Notes: a model not told the origin generated them from the sequence alone. DNA of 64,000 nt from an uncultured Acidimicrobiales bacterium (GCA_963715325.1 CAVQRR010000013.1:113642-177641), one strand, 5' to 3'. Shown: positions 1 through 9,912, counted from the stretch's first letter. A program made the numbers and translations.

Positions 1-7
1 GCCCCGG

Positions 8-967
8 TCACGACGACGTTGGCCTCGAAGCGTAGATCCGGCGAATCAGCTCCTCGATGTCCGGCTCCTCGATCGCCAGGTCCCTGACCGGGTGAGCGGC
101 GGTCAACTCGGCGATGACCTCGGCGGCCGATGCTCGGCGGCGGTCGAACCGGACCCACTGCCGGGGGCCGTCGTGACGCACCACCTCCCCGGTCGACAAT
201 CGAAGCGGTGACACCTCCTGCTCGAAGTCGACGACCACCGTTCGTTCGGTGCCGTGCCCGGCCTTGAACTCCTCGACGTCGCCGTCGAGCAGCACCCGGC
301 CCCGGTCGATGATCAGCATCCGCTGGCAGAGCTGCTCGACGTCGTCGAGGTCGTGGGTGGTCAACAACACGGTGGTGCCCCGCTCCCGGTTGGTGTCCTG
401 CAGGAACCTTCTCACCGCGAACTTCGAGACCACATCGAGCCCGATCGTCGGCTCGTCGAGGACGACCAGGGCCGGGTCGTGGAGCAGCGCCGCGGTCAAC
501 TCCCCCCGCATCCGCTGACCGAGGGAGAGCTGGCGGACGGGGACGTCGAGGAACTCCTCGAGGTCCAGCCGTTCGACGAACTCGGCCAGATTGTGATCGT
601 GGCGGGCCCGATCGGTCCGGTAGACGTGGTGCAGCAGCTCGAAGGAATCGACGAGCGGCAGGTCCCACCACAGCTGTGACCGCTGACCGAAAACCACCCC
701 GATCTGCCTTGTCAGGGCTCGACGCTGGGCCGTCGGCGTCAGACCGAGCACCTCGATCCGCCCCGAGGTGGGGGTGAGGATGCCGGTGATCATCTTGATC
801 GTCGTCGACTTCCCGGCCCCGTTTGGCCCCAGGTAGCCGACCATCTCGCCGGCACCGATGGTGAACGAGACATCGTGAACGGCCTTGACCTCTCGGCGCC
901 GCCGTCGCAGCCGGCCGGCCCTGGTCCGCACCACATAGGTCTTGTCGATACCGGCCAGGCGGATCAC
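8..967 (-). CDS. ABC transporter ATP-binding protein (ABC-2 exporter type)
   Basis: Walker A GPNGAGKST, signature LSLGQRMR, Walker B LVVLDEPT and H-loop LLTTHD. GTG start at 967 (VIRLAGIDKTY) chosen inside the longer ORF 8..1807. Confidence 0.93.
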   Translation of the reverse strand: MIRLAGIDKTYVVRTRAGRLRRRRREVKAVHDVSFTIGAGEMVGYLGPNGAGKSTTIKMITGILTPTSGRIEVLGLTPTAQRRALTRQIGVVFGQRSQLWWDLPLVDSFELLHHVYRTDRARHDHNLAEFVERLDLEEFLDVPVRQLSLGQRMRGELTAALLHDPALVVLDEPTIGLDVVSKFAVRRFLQDTNRERGTTVLLTTHDLDDVEQLCQRMLIIDRGRVLLDGDVEEFKAGHGTERTVVVDFEQEVSPLRLSTGEVVRHDGPRQWVRFDRRRASAAEVIAELTAAHPVRDLAIEEPDIEELIRRIYASRPTSS

Positions 968-993
968 CGGCGGGACCGATCCCCTGGCCGGGC

Positions 994-1842
994 TCAACTC
1001 CCCGTCCCCTGGTAGTGGCGGATCCCGATCCCCCAGCAGATCGTCGCCACCGTTGCAATGAGGGCGGTGACCGGCGCCGAGAGGTACACCAGCCACGATG
1101 GCAACAGGAGGGGGTTTGCCGCATCGAGCAGGAACAGTGAGGGGACGTAGGCCACGAAGGCCAGGGGGATGATCCAGCCGAGCACGGCCCGGATCCACCC
1201 TCGATAGAGATGCAACGGGTACTGGTTTGCGTACTGACCGCCGAAGGTGACGGCGTAGGTCGCCTCCTTCATCCCCACCACCCAGAGCGCCACCGCCGCC
1301 ACCAGGATCCAAAGCGACGAGTAGACCGCGGTGCCACAGGCCACCGCCACCAGCAGCACGATGATCGCCCCGGCACTCCAGTCGACGTCGACCCGCGGGA
1401 TGGCCCAGGCCAACACGATCAGTGATGGAACGAGCTTGCCGATCCGTCGCAGCTCGAACTCCAGGGCCGAGATCTGCAGCAGGATCGGTACCGGTCGAAG
1501 CAACAGGCGGTCGAGCGTGCCGGCCTGGACGTAGACTCCGACCCGCTCGACCGCGCTGACCATGAGGTCGGCCAAGCCGAACGGGACCGAGGCCAGCCCG
1601 TAGAGGAATGCGACCTGGGCCGGCCGCCAGCCACCGAGTTCGGGAACGAGCTCCAACAGCAACAAGATGGCGGCGAAGTCGAGGGCGGTGACCAACGCCT
1701 GTCCGACCAGCAACGTGAGGAACGAGGTGCGGTACTGCCAATCGGATCGGATCCGGGCCCCGACCAGCAGGCGATAGAGCCGGGCGTCGCCGCTGACGCG
1801 GCCCCACCGGGGGCCGAACGTGGTGGGGGTCGACTCAACCAC
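994..1842 (-). CDS. ABC-2 family transporter permease
   Basis: Multi-TM protein with QYR, GTLDRLLLRP and QYPLHLY motifs, between the ATPase and a second permease. GTG start overlaps the upstream stop. Confidence 0.88.
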   Translation of the reverse strand: MVESTPTTFGPRWGRVSGDARLYRLLVGARIRSDWQYRTSFLTLLVGQALVTALDFAAILLLLELVPELGGWRPAQVAFLYGLASVPFGLADLMVSAVERVGVYVQAGTLDRLLLRPVPILLQISALEFELRRIGKLVPSLIVLAWAIPRVDVDWSAGAIIVLLVAVACGTAVYSSLWILVAAVALWVVGMKEATYAVTFGGQYANQYPLHLYRGWIRAVLGWIIPLAFVAYVPSLFLLDAANPLLLPSWLVYLSAPVTALIATVATICWGIGIRHYQGTGS

Positions 1843-2632
1843 CCTGGACCACGACCCGCCTGGTGGCGACGGCCAGCATCCACCGGCCGAGCAGCAACAG
1901 CGCGCCGGCCCACGCCGCCTGTTGGGCCAGGATCGACACGACATCGATCCCCTGGTGACGGCCGAGGAAGATCTCGGCCGGGAGTTGGATCATCGAGGCG
2001 AACGGCAGTAACCGGGCGATGGTCTCCAGCCAGCCCGGAAACAGGTTGATGGGCAGCAGCAGGCCGGCGAAGAACGAGATCGACAGCGTCAGCAGCTGCT
2101 CGACGCCGCGATTGTCGAGCAGCCAGAAGCTCACCAGGTTGGAGCAGAAACGCATGGCGAAACCCACCGTGGTGGCCAGCACGACGGCCCCCAGGAACGG
2201 GAACCAGTGCCACCACGGATCCGGCAACCGCAGATCGAAGGTCAATGCCCCAAGCACCACCGGTGGCACCCCTCTGGCCAAGGCCTGGAAGGCGGCCCGG
2301 CCGAACCAGGTCGCAAGCCACCACAGCTGGAGGTCGGCCGGCCGGTAGAGATCGATCACCACATCTCCGCTTCGGATCCGCTCCGCCAACTCGCTCTCCC
2401 CGAAGGCCCCGCTGATCATGATGAAACCCTGCGAGACGAAGGCGAACGTCGCCAGATCGACCTCGTCCATGCCCCTGACCGCTCCCCCCGAGGCGGCGGC
2501 GACCACCAGCAACACCGAGGCCCTGACATAGCCGAACACCGTGTTGATGAACACGCCGGAGGCGGTGGCCAGCCGATAGGTCGACGCCCGGCGGAAGCTT
2601 CGTCGACCGATCTCCCACAACAGCCTGAGCAC
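1835..2632 (-). CDS. ABC-2 family transporter permease
   Basis: Hydrophobic, with the IRSGDVVIDLYRP motif and C-terminal VVVQGG typical of this permease family. Confidence 0.9.
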   Translation of the reverse strand: MLRLLWEIGRRSFRRASTYRLATASGVFINTVFGYVRASVLLVVAAASGGAVRGMDEVDLATFAFVSQGFIMISGAFGESELAERIRSGDVVIDLYRPADLQLWWLATWFGRAAFQALARGVPPVVLGALTFDLRLPDPWWHWFPFLGAVVLATTVGFAMRFCSNLVSFWLLDNRGVEQLLTLSISFFAGLLLPINLFPGWLETIARLLPFASMIQLPAEIFLGRHQGIDVVSILAQQAAWAGALLLLGRWMLAVATRRVVVQGG

Positions 2633-2735
2633 CCTCAGGTTCTAGCATGGGGCCGAGTGTGGGCGCGCCGTTCGAGCCGGCGATGGTCCCCGGTCGGCTG
2701 GCCAGCTGGGCCCGGCCGAAATCGACCGGAGAAGG

Positions 2736-2764
2736 TTGAACGAACATCCGTTCGGCACTATGGT
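2736..2764 (+). promoter_or_regulatory. recA promoter with LexA (Cheo/SOS) box
   Basis: TTGAAC (2736-41), 17-bp spacer, TATGGT (2759-64). CGAACATCCGTTCG at 2741-2754 matches the Gram-positive/actinobacterial GAAC-N4-GTTC LexA operator. Confidence 0.85.
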
Positions 2765-2853
2765 GAGGTCGGTAATTACAGACATGTAGTCCACGAATTG
2801 CAAGCGTGTAGTCTGTGTGCCTGGTCCTGCGCTCCCCCTGCCTGCTGTTCGCC

Positions 2854-2920
2854 CGGTTCCGCCGGTTCCGCTCGGTTCCGCCGGTTCCGCTCGGTTCCGC
2901 CGGTTCCGCTCGGTTCCGCC
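2854..2920. repeat. Tandem repeat: 7 x CGGTTCCGC, 19-bp period, in the recA leader
   Basis: Cores at 2854, 2863, 2873, 2882, 2892, 2901 and 2911, alternating 9/10-bp spacing. Confidence 0.95.
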
Positions 2921-3012
2921 GATTCAATGTCACAGTCAATGTCTAGGTTCCGTTTCCAGGTGCAAACGCCGGTATCCCCCAAAACCCAGTCCTGAACGAC
3001 AGGAGAAATTCC

Positions 3013-4089
3013 GTGGAGAAGAACAAAGCGCTGGAGATGGCGCTCAGCAACATCGAAAAGCAGTTCGGCAAAGGCTCGGTCATGAAAATGGGCGACAAGT
3101 CGGACATGGCGATCGGCATCGTGCCAACCGGGGCGCTGGCCCTCGATCTGGCCTTGGGCGTCGGTGGTCTGCCCCGGGGCCGGGTGGTCGAGATCTACGG
3201 CCCGGAGTCATCCGGCAAGTCCACGTTGGCCATGCACGTCGTTGCCGAGGCCCAGCGAAACGGCGGCATCTGCGCCTACATCGACGCCGAGCACGCCATG
3301 GATCCGATCTACGCCGGCAACATCGGGGTCGACGTCGACGAGTTGCTGATCTCCCAGCCCGACACCGGGGAGCAGGCGCTGGAGATCGCAGACATCCTGG
3401 TCCGTTCCGGCTCGATCGACGTGATCGTGATCGACTCGGTGGCCGCGCTGACCCCCCGGGCCGAGATCGAGGGCGACATGGGCGATACCCACGTCGGCCT
3501 CCAGGCCCGGCTCATGTCACAGGCCCTGCGCAAGATCACCGGCAACCTCAACCGGACCGACACCATCTGCGTTTTCATCAACCAGCTCCGGGAGAAGATC
3601 GGGGTGATGTTCGGTTCCCCGGAGACCACTCCCGGCGGCCGGGCCCTCAAGTTCTACAGCTCGGTTCGACTCGACATCCGCCGTATCGAGTCCCTGAAGG
3701 ACGGAGCCGAGGTCGTCGGCAACCGCACCAGGGTGAAGGTGGTCAAGAACAAGGTGGCTCCACCGTTCCGTCAGGCCGAGTTCGACATCATGTACGGCAA
3801 GGGCATCAGTCGTGAAGGCTCGCTGCTGGACATCGCCGTCGAACGGGACATCGTGAAGAAATCCGGCGCTTGGTACACCTACGAAGGCGAACAGGTCGGC
3901 CAAGGCCGGGAGAACGTCAAGAAGTTCCTGATCGAGAATCCCGAACTGGTCATGGAAATCCAGGACCGGGTCCTCAGAGAGGTCGGGCTGATCGAGTCCG
4001 ACGATCCCGAGGGCGAGGAGATCGACCTGAGCGACGATGCCGAGGCAACCGCCAAAGACCCGGACGACGAGCCGATCAGCCTCGACTGA
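3013..4089 (+). CDS. recA: Recombinase RecA
   Basis: GPESSGKST Walker [44 protein letters not shown]. Acidic C-tail; no intein. Confidence 0.99.
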   Translation: MEKNKALEMALSNIEKQFGKGSVMKMGDKSDMAIGIVPTGALALDLALGVGGLPRGRVVEIYGPESSGKSTLAMHVVAEAQRNGGICAYIDAEHAMDPIYAGNIGVDVDELLISQPDTGEQALEIADILVRSGSIDVIVIDSVAALTPRAEIEGDMGDTHVGLQARLMSQALRKITGNLNRTDTICVFINQLREKIGVMFGSPETTPGGRALKFYSSVRLDIRRIESLKDGAEVVGNRTRVKVVKNKVAPPFRQAEFDIMYGKGISREGSLLDIAVERDIVKKSGAWYTYEGEQVGQGRENVKKFLIENPELVMEIQDRVLREVGLIESDDPEGEEIDLSDDAEATAKDPDDEPISLD

Positions 4090-4178
4090 CCGTCGCGACC
4101 TCGGCTGTCTGCCAAGCCAAGCCCACCTTGTGGTGGTGGATACCGGCACGTCGAGCTTTCGGCAGCAAGCGAGAGGCT

Positions 4179-4208
4179 CGGGGCCCCGCCCGCCTGGGCG
4201 GGGCCCCG
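4179..4208 (+). terminator. Perfect 13-bp GC hairpin downstream of recA (probable terminator/stabiliser)
   Basis: CGGGGCCCCGCCC-gcct-GGGCGGGGCCCCG, without a U-tract. Confidence 0.6.
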
Positions 4209-4344
4209 GATCCTTGCCGGCCGTCGGGTGGCGACGGTTCTCGGCCGGTTGACCGGGCTACGGAGCCACCGCTCGGGCGCGGCCATCGCCGCGCCGCCGC
4301 AGCTGCGCACCCTGCGGGTCGATCGGAACCGTTACCCTGGACGC

Positions 4345-4509
4345 GGTCGGTGCGATACAAGGAGTGCACCGACAGCTGGGCGATGCGCACCCCACGGTGC
4401 GCATCAGGCTGTGCCCGGCAACGAAAGAGCGGTCCCCGTCGGGAACCGATGAGTTGGGGCTCGGTGGCCGTTGGCCACCTCATCAACGGGTCCCGGAGAA
4501 GAGCACGTC
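4345..4509 (+). promoter_or_regulatory. Candidate structured 5' leader of the GMP reductase/IMPDH gene
   Basis: A -10-like TACCCT at 4333-38 is followed by consecutive stems: 4346-53/4366-73; 4375-81/4413-19 enclosing 4382-91/4396-4405; GATGAG/CTCATC enclosing a GGTGGCC/GGCCACC hairpin. Confidence 0.4.
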
Positions 4510-5616
4510 GTGGGTCTGAACAATCTTTCCATCGGTTTGACGTTCGATGACGTCCTGTTGGTGCCTCGAAGGTCCGACATCCGCTCCCGCCAGGACGTGT
4601 CGGTCGCCACCAGGCTCTCGAAACGTATCGAGCTGGCCGTTCCCATCATCGCCGCCAATATGGACACCGTCTGCGAAACCGACATGGCCGTCGAAATGGC
4701 CAAGCTGGGCGGCATCGGCATCATCCACCGCTTCCTCTCCGTCGAAGCGCAGGCGGCCATGGTCGACCAGGTCAAATCGGCCGGCCACCCCGATGGTCCT
4801 GAGCCTCGGCGCCCGCTTCTCGTCGGAGCGGCGATCGGCACCGATCGGGACGCTCTGCAACGCACCCACGCCCTGGTCGACGCCGGGGTCGACGCCGTTG
4901 TCCTCGACATCGCCCACGGTCATGCCGGGCACGCCATCGATCTCCTGGTGAAGCTCAAGGCCGAGTTCCCAGACATCGATGTCATCGCCGGCAACGTCGC
5001 CACCAGGGCCGGCGCCGAAGACCTGGCGGCGGCCGGGGCCGATGCGGTGAAGGTCGGGGTCGGCCCGGGAGGGGTGTGCACCACCCGCCTGGTGGCCGGG
5101 GTCGGCGTTCCCCAGCTCACCGCCATCGGGAACTGTGCCGGCACCGGGTTGTTCGATCCGGACGGGAACCCCGTTCCCGTCATCGCCGACGGTGGCATCA
5201 AGACCTCCGGCGATATCGCCAAGGCGCTGGCCGCCGGGGCCAGCACCGTGATGATCGGCAGTCTGTTCGCCGGGACGAAGGAGAGCCCTGGTGAAGTCGA
5301 GCAGTCCCGTCACGGCCTGGTCAAGCGGGTCCGGGGCATGGCATCGTTCGAGGCCCTGAACGCCAGGGCCAACCGGGGCGGTGAGGTGGTCGATCGGGAG
5401 TACTTCGAACAGCGGGCCCCCGAAGGGGTCGAGGGTACGGTGCCCTACCGTGGTGCGGTCGACAAGGTGGTTGCCCGATTGTTGGCCGGCCTCAGGTCGG
5501 GCATGAGCTACAGCGATGCCACCACCATCGAAGAACTGTGGCACAAGGCCGAGTTCATCCAGGTCACCGCCAACGGCGTGAGGGAGAACCAGCCACACGC
5601 CACGGTTCTCGGCTGA
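4510..5616 (+). CDS. IMP dehydrogenase/GMP reductase family protein lacking CBS domains (GMP reductase-like)
   Basis: [23 protein letters not shown], catalytic [21 protein letters not shown] and PEGVEG. GTG start at 4510 follows a GGAG RBS. Confidence 0.9.
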   Translation: MGLNNLSIGLTFDDVLLVPRRSDIRSRQDVSVATRLSKRIELAVPIIAANMDTVCETDMAVEMAKLGGIGIIHRFLSVEAQAAMVDQVKSAGHPDGPEPRRPLLVGAAIGTDRDALQRTHALVDAGVDAVVLDIAHGHAGHAIDLLVKLKAEFPDIDVIAGNVATRAGAEDLAAAGADAVKVGVGPGGVCTTRLVAGVGVPQLTAIGNCAGTGLFDPDGNPVPVIADGGIKTSGDIAKALAAGASTVMIGSLFAGTKESPGEVEQSRHGLVKRVRGMASFEALNARANRGGEVVDREYFEQRAPEGVEGTVPYRGAVDKVVARLLAGLRSGMSYSDATTIEELWHKAEFIQVTANGVRENQPHATVLG

Positions 5617-5735
5617 GCACCGGTGTCGAACCCCGAGCGCCGGCGCCGACGGCCGCCCGCTGCGATCGTCAACATCGCCCTACGATGTTGACCGTGGGAT
5701 CGAAGGATCGAACCGGCAGCCGGGCAGGCGACCGA

Positions 5736-6434
5736 ATGGCCAGGGCCGCCGCCGCGCTCCGCCGACCGGGCCGGCAGGCTCGGGCTGTCGGCGCCGTCAT
5801 TGCCACCGTGGTGTTGCTGTCAGCCGCCTGCGGCGGCGACGAAGAACCGGAGATGACCATCGAGGAACGGCTGGCCCAGGTCGAAGGCCGAACGCTGACC
5901 GCGGCCGAGGTCGATCAACGATTGGACCTCGGCCAGACGTTGTGCAGGATGGACGATGTGGTGCTCGGTGCAGTCTGGCAGCGTCTCGACGATGACCAGC
6001 TCGACTTCCAGGACGTGATCTTCGGCTACCTGTGCCCGGAGCGGAGCGTGCTGTACGCAGCCCAGACCGGTCGAGTCGTCACCGAGGCGGCCCAGGACTC
6101 CGACGTCACCAGCACCAGCACCAGCCTCACCACCGCACCGGACGCCACGTCCAGTACCACACGGCAACCGGTCGCCACCCCGCCGACCACCACCGGCGGC
6201 GGCCAGACCACCGGTTCGGCCACCTCGATCGGCAGTGAAACGATCGGGCCCGAGCCGAGCTCCACCGCCACATCCAGCGCCCCGACCAACACCCAGACCA
6301 GCTCGGTCGAGACCAGCGGGCCGACGAAGAGTTCGGCCCCGGCCACCACCGCCACGACAGCCACCACGGCCACCACGGCCACGGCCGACCCGCCGACCAC
6401 CGCCGGCGGCGCCGTCCCCGGCCAAGGCGGCTGA
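5736..6434 (+). CDS. Putative lipoprotein with Thr/Ser/Pro-rich C-terminal tail
   Basis: Basic N-terminus, hydrophobic stretch and lipobox LSAAC; low-complexity T/S tail with ATT repeats. Confidence 0.75.
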   Translation: MARAAAALRRPGRQARAVGAVIATVVLLSAACGGDEEPEMTIEERLAQVEGRTLTAAEVDQRLDLGQTLCRMDDVVLGAVWQRLDDDQLDFQDVIFGYLCPERSVLYAAQTGRVVTEAAQDSDVTSTSTSLTTAPDATSSTTRQPVATPPTTTGGGQTTGSATSIGSETIGPEPSSTATSSAPTNTQTSSVETSGPTKSSAPATTATTATTATTATADPPTTAGGAVPGQGG

Positions 6435-6477
6435 GCGCGGTCAACCGGTCAGGACCGGTTCACCGCGCCGTGACGGC

Positions 6478-7383
6478 TCAGTTTCGGAACGGGGCGGCCA
6501 CCTCGGCCAGGAAACGGTCTGCGACACCATCCTTGCGGTCGGGGCCACCGAGATTGAAGTCGGGCACGATCAGCTCGTCGACGCCGGCTTCGGCGAACGC
6601 CGAAAGCTGTTCCTGGAGCTGCGCTGCTGTACCGATGAGACACGGCCGCTCGATGCCTCGGTCTCGCATCTCCTGGGCCTGCTGCTCGGTGTCGCACAGG
6701 AACAGCAGCGCCACCGCCGAGCGTTGGATCTCCGACGGGTCGCGCCCGAGCCGTTCGCAGTGCTCGTCGAGCACCGAGATCTTGTGGGCCATCAGTGTCG
6801 GATCGGCCCACACGTTCCACTCGTCTGCATACTGGGCCACCATCCGCAGCGTCTTCCGCTCGCCACCACCACCGATGAGGATCGGGAGCTTGCCGATCGG
6901 TTTCGGTGACAGCGGTGCGTCGACAAACCGATAGCGGTCGCCATGGAACGACGTCAACGTCTCGCCCCGCAGCGAGATCAGGATCTGCAGGGCCTCCTCC
7001 AGCTTCTCGAAACGGTCGGTGAAGCTGCCGAACTCGATGCCGTACGCGGTGTGCTCACTCTCCATCCACCCCGATCCGATGCCGAGCACGATCCGACCGC
7101 CCGAGATGTGGTCGGCGGTGACCGCCTGCTTGGCCAGCACCCCGGGATTGCGGTAGGTGTTTCCGCAGACCAGCGGGCCGAGGCGGACCTTCGACGTCGC
7201 GTCGCCGAGGGCGGCCAGAACGGACCAGACCTCGTGACAGGGACCTGTGGCGTCGTCGTCACCCGGTGGCAGGAAGTGGTCGGCGAACCATAGACCGTCC
7301 CATCCGGCGTCTTCGGAGTGAACCGCAGATCGTCGAATCTCGTTCCAATCGTGTCCCGCACCGATCCAGAAGCTAAATCGCAT
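6478..7383 (-). CDS. LLM-class F420-dependent oxidoreductase
   Basis: WFADHF, GNTYRNPGVLAK, DHISGGR, GIGSGW and IGGGGE motifs of the luciferase-like family. Confidence 0.9.
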   Translation of the reverse strand: MRFSFWIGAGHDWNEIRRSAVHSEDAGWDGLWFADHFLPPGDDDATGPCHEVWSVLAALGDATSKVRLGPLVCGNTYRNPGVLAKQAVTADHISGGRIVLGIGSGWMESEHTAYGIEFGSFTDRFEKLEEALQILISLRGETLTSFHGDRYRFVDAPLSPKPIGKLPILIGGGGERKTLRMVAQYADEWNVWADPTLMAHKISVLDEHCERLGRDPSEIQRSAVALLFLCDTEQQAQEMRDRGIERPCLIGTAAQLQEQLSAFAEAGVDELIVPDFNLGGPDRKDGVADRFLAEVAAPFRN

Positions 7384-7506
7384 GGAGGGACCCTAGCCGA
7401 ACCAGCAGGCGGGCCCCAGCCTGCGGTTTTGCCGGGCCCGGGCACGGTGTTGAAGAACCAGAACAAAGATGCGCGGCCGACCCGGTTTGCTACTAGAACT
7501 AAAGTC

Positions 7507-8532
7507 ATGAGCGAAACGCAGGATCCGTTCTCCGCCCCCTTCGGCAGCCTGTTCGGCGACCAGATGACGGTGGCGGTGCTGGAGTCGGGCGGCCGATACG
7601 AATATCCCGGTCGAGCCCAACCACTGGAGAACCTCTCGCTCCACCCCGGCACCCATGCCCTGCACTACTCCAGCACCTGCTTCGAAGGCTTGAAGGCCCA
7701 TCGCCAGATCGATGGCACGCTGGCCATCTTCCGGCTCGACGACCACGCAAAACGCATGGTCCAGAGCGTGAAGCGGCTGTACATGCCGGTGCCGGAGATG
7801 GAACTGATCCGGACGATGATCATCGATGCGGTCGAGGCGAACGCGGCCCACACCCCGGACTCGCCCGGTTCGCTGTACATCCGCCCAACGCTGATAGGCA
7901 CTCTCCGCAACATCGGTGCGGCGGCATCACCGTCGGACTCGGCCATCCTCTACGTGCTGACGTCGCCGGTCGGCGACTACTTCGCCGGCGGCATCCGCCC
8001 GCTGACGATCTACATCGAAACCGAGACCCCCCGAACGACGCCGCAGTTCGGCATGGTCAAGGCCGGGGCCAACTATGTGATGGCCCTCGGCCCAACGCTT
8101 GACGCCAAGCGGGACCACGGCGCAGACCAGGTGCTGTTCGCCACCGGTGGCGATGTCACCGAGACCGGGGCGTCGAACTTCTTCCTGGTCGACGACTCCC
8201 GGATCGTCACCCGCAATCTCGACGAATCGTTCCTCCACGGCGTGACCCGGGCATCGGTGTTGAGCCTGGCCGCCGACATGGGCTACGAGATCGAGGAACG
8301 ATCGGTGTCGGTGGAAGAGCTCAAGGCCTGGGCCGAGCACGGCGAGGCGTTCCTCTCGGGAACGGCGGCGGTTATCGCACCGGTCGGCAAGATAGCGACC
8401 GCAGACGAGGACATCGAGGTGGGAGACGGTCAGCCCGGCCCGAACACCCTCAAGCTCCGTCAGGCCCTGACCGACATCCAGCTCGGCAAGGCCGAGGACA
8501 GCCACCACTGGCTCACGCCGGTGGCCGGCTGA
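7507..8532 (+). CDS. ilvE: Branched-chain amino acid aminotransferase (class IV PLP)
   Basis: LHYSSTCFEGLKA, LYIRP, VKAGANY (PLP lysine), LHGVTR and FLSGTAAVI. Confidence 0.92.
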   Translation: MSETQDPFSAPFGSLFGDQMTVAVLESGGRYEYPGRAQPLENLSLHPGTHALHYSSTCFEGLKAHRQIDGTLAIFRLDDHAKRMVQSVKRLYMPVPEMELIRTMIIDAVEANAAHTPDSPGSLYIRPTLIGTLRNIGAAASPSDSAILYVLTSPVGDYFAGGIRPLTIYIETETPRTTPQFGMVKAGANYVMALGPTLDAKRDHGADQVLFATGGDVTETGASNFFLVDDSRIVTRNLDESFLHGVTRASVLSLAADMGYEIEERSVSVEELKAWAEHGEAFLSGTAAVIAPVGKIATADEDIEVGDGQPGPNTLKLRQALTDIQLGKAEDSHHWLTPVAG

Positions 8533-8570
8533 TCGGCTGATCGGCCCGGTCGCATCTACCGGCCAACGTC

Positions 8571-9815
8571 CTAGGCGAGATCGCCGGCGAGCAGCTCCCG
8601 GCGCAGGAGATCCAGCAGCGTGATGGTGGAGAACTGCCGGATCCGTTCCCGATCACCGGGGAGTTGCACGGTGACCGCTCGCTCGGCCATCGAGCCGGCG
8701 ACCGCCAGGCAGACCGTCCCGACCGGGCGGCCCTCGGCCTCGTCCGGACCGGCGACACCGGTGGTGGCCAGGCCGATGTCGGCCTTCAACTCCCGCCGAA
8801 CCCCGTGGGCCATGGCCAGCGCCGCAGCCTCGGTCACCACCGGCCCCTCGGGCAGCCCGAGCAACTCGAACTTGATCCTCGGCTGGTACGCCACGATCCC
8901 ACCCTGGAAGACCCGGCTGGCGCCAGGGACGGCGCACAACCGACCGGACACATAGCCTCCGGTCAGCGACTCCGCGACCGCCACCGTCATCGAGCGCTCG
9001 GCCATCATGGCGATGACGACCGCCTCCATGTTCTGGTCATCGAGCCCGAACACGATGTCTCCGAGAACGGGGCGAACGGCCGCCTCTTCACGGTCGAGGA
9101 TTGCCACCGCCTCGGCTTCGGTCCGGGCCTTGGCGGTGATCCTGACCTTCAAGCCCTCGACACCGCTGGCCAGGAAGGCCAGCGTCGGGTTGCCATCGGC
9201 ATCGAGCTGTTCGATCCGGTCGGCCAACAGCTCGGCAAGGGCCGACTCCGACGTGCCCCAGGTCCGCAGGACCCGAGACCGGATCACCGCCGTCTGACCG
9301 GATCTGGCAGTGAGGTCGGGGATGACCGTGCCCTGCACCATCTGCTTCATCTCGTAGGGCACACCGGGAACGGCGTAGATGACCTTGTCGTCCACCGGGC
9401 ACACCAGCCCCGGGGCGGTGCCAGGCTGCTGCGCCATCGGCGTCGCGCCGATCGGGACCATGGCCTGGCGAAGGTTGTTCCGAGGCATGGTCCGGCCCCG
9501 GCTGGAGAACATCGCCTCGATCCGGGCCGCGATCGCCTCGTCGAGCACCAGCTCCGCCCCCATCACCGTGGCGATCACGTCGCGGCTGAGGTCGTCCTGG
9601 GTCGGGCCGAGACCTCCGCAGCAGATCACGGCATCGCTGCGGGACAGCGCCAGGTTCAGAACCTCCTCGATCCTGGCCGGGTTGTCGCCGACCTTGGTCT
9701 GGTAGTGGGAGTCGAGGCCGGCCAGCGCCAACTGCTCGCCGATCCACGACGAGTTGGTGTCGACGATCTGGCCGAGCAACAGCTCGGTTCCGATTGCCAC
9801 CACTTCGACCTTCAT
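8571..9815 (-). CDS. cinA: Competence/damage-inducible protein A (CinA with NMN deamidase domain)
   Basis: IGTELLLGQIVDTN, GGLGPTQDD, AESLTGG and TTGVAGP. Confidence 0.96.
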   Translation of the reverse strand: MKVEVVAIGTELLLGQIVDTNSSWIGEQLALAGLDSHYQTKVGDNPARIEEVLNLALSRSDAVICCGGLGPTQDDLSRDVIATVMGAELVLDEAIAARIEAMFSSRGRTMPRNNLRQAMVPIGATPMAQQPGTAPGLVCPVDDKVIYAVPGVPYEMKQMVQGTVIPDLTARSGQTAVIRSRVLRTWGTSESALAELLADRIEQLDADGNPTLAFLASGVEGLKVRITAKARTEAEAVAILDREEAAVRPVLGDIVFGLDDQNMEAVVIAMMAERSMTVAVAESLTGGYVSGRLCAVPGASRVFQGGIVAYQPRIKFELLGLPEGPVVTEAAALAMAHGVRRELKADIGLATTGVAGPDEAEGRPVGTVCLAVAGSMAERAVTVQLPGDRERIRQFSTITLLDLLRRELLAGDLA

Positions 9816-9912
9816 AGCCAACCTCCTACCGACGACCGGCGTCGGCTGTCACCCTATACCGGCGTTCCCGTCGGCCCGGCGCCGAAGCCGACCAGATCGT
9901 GATCACCTCTCG

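Noticed and set aside
3013-4089. Intein in RecA
   Set aside because: The protein is 358 aa with continuous RecA motifs and no insertion.
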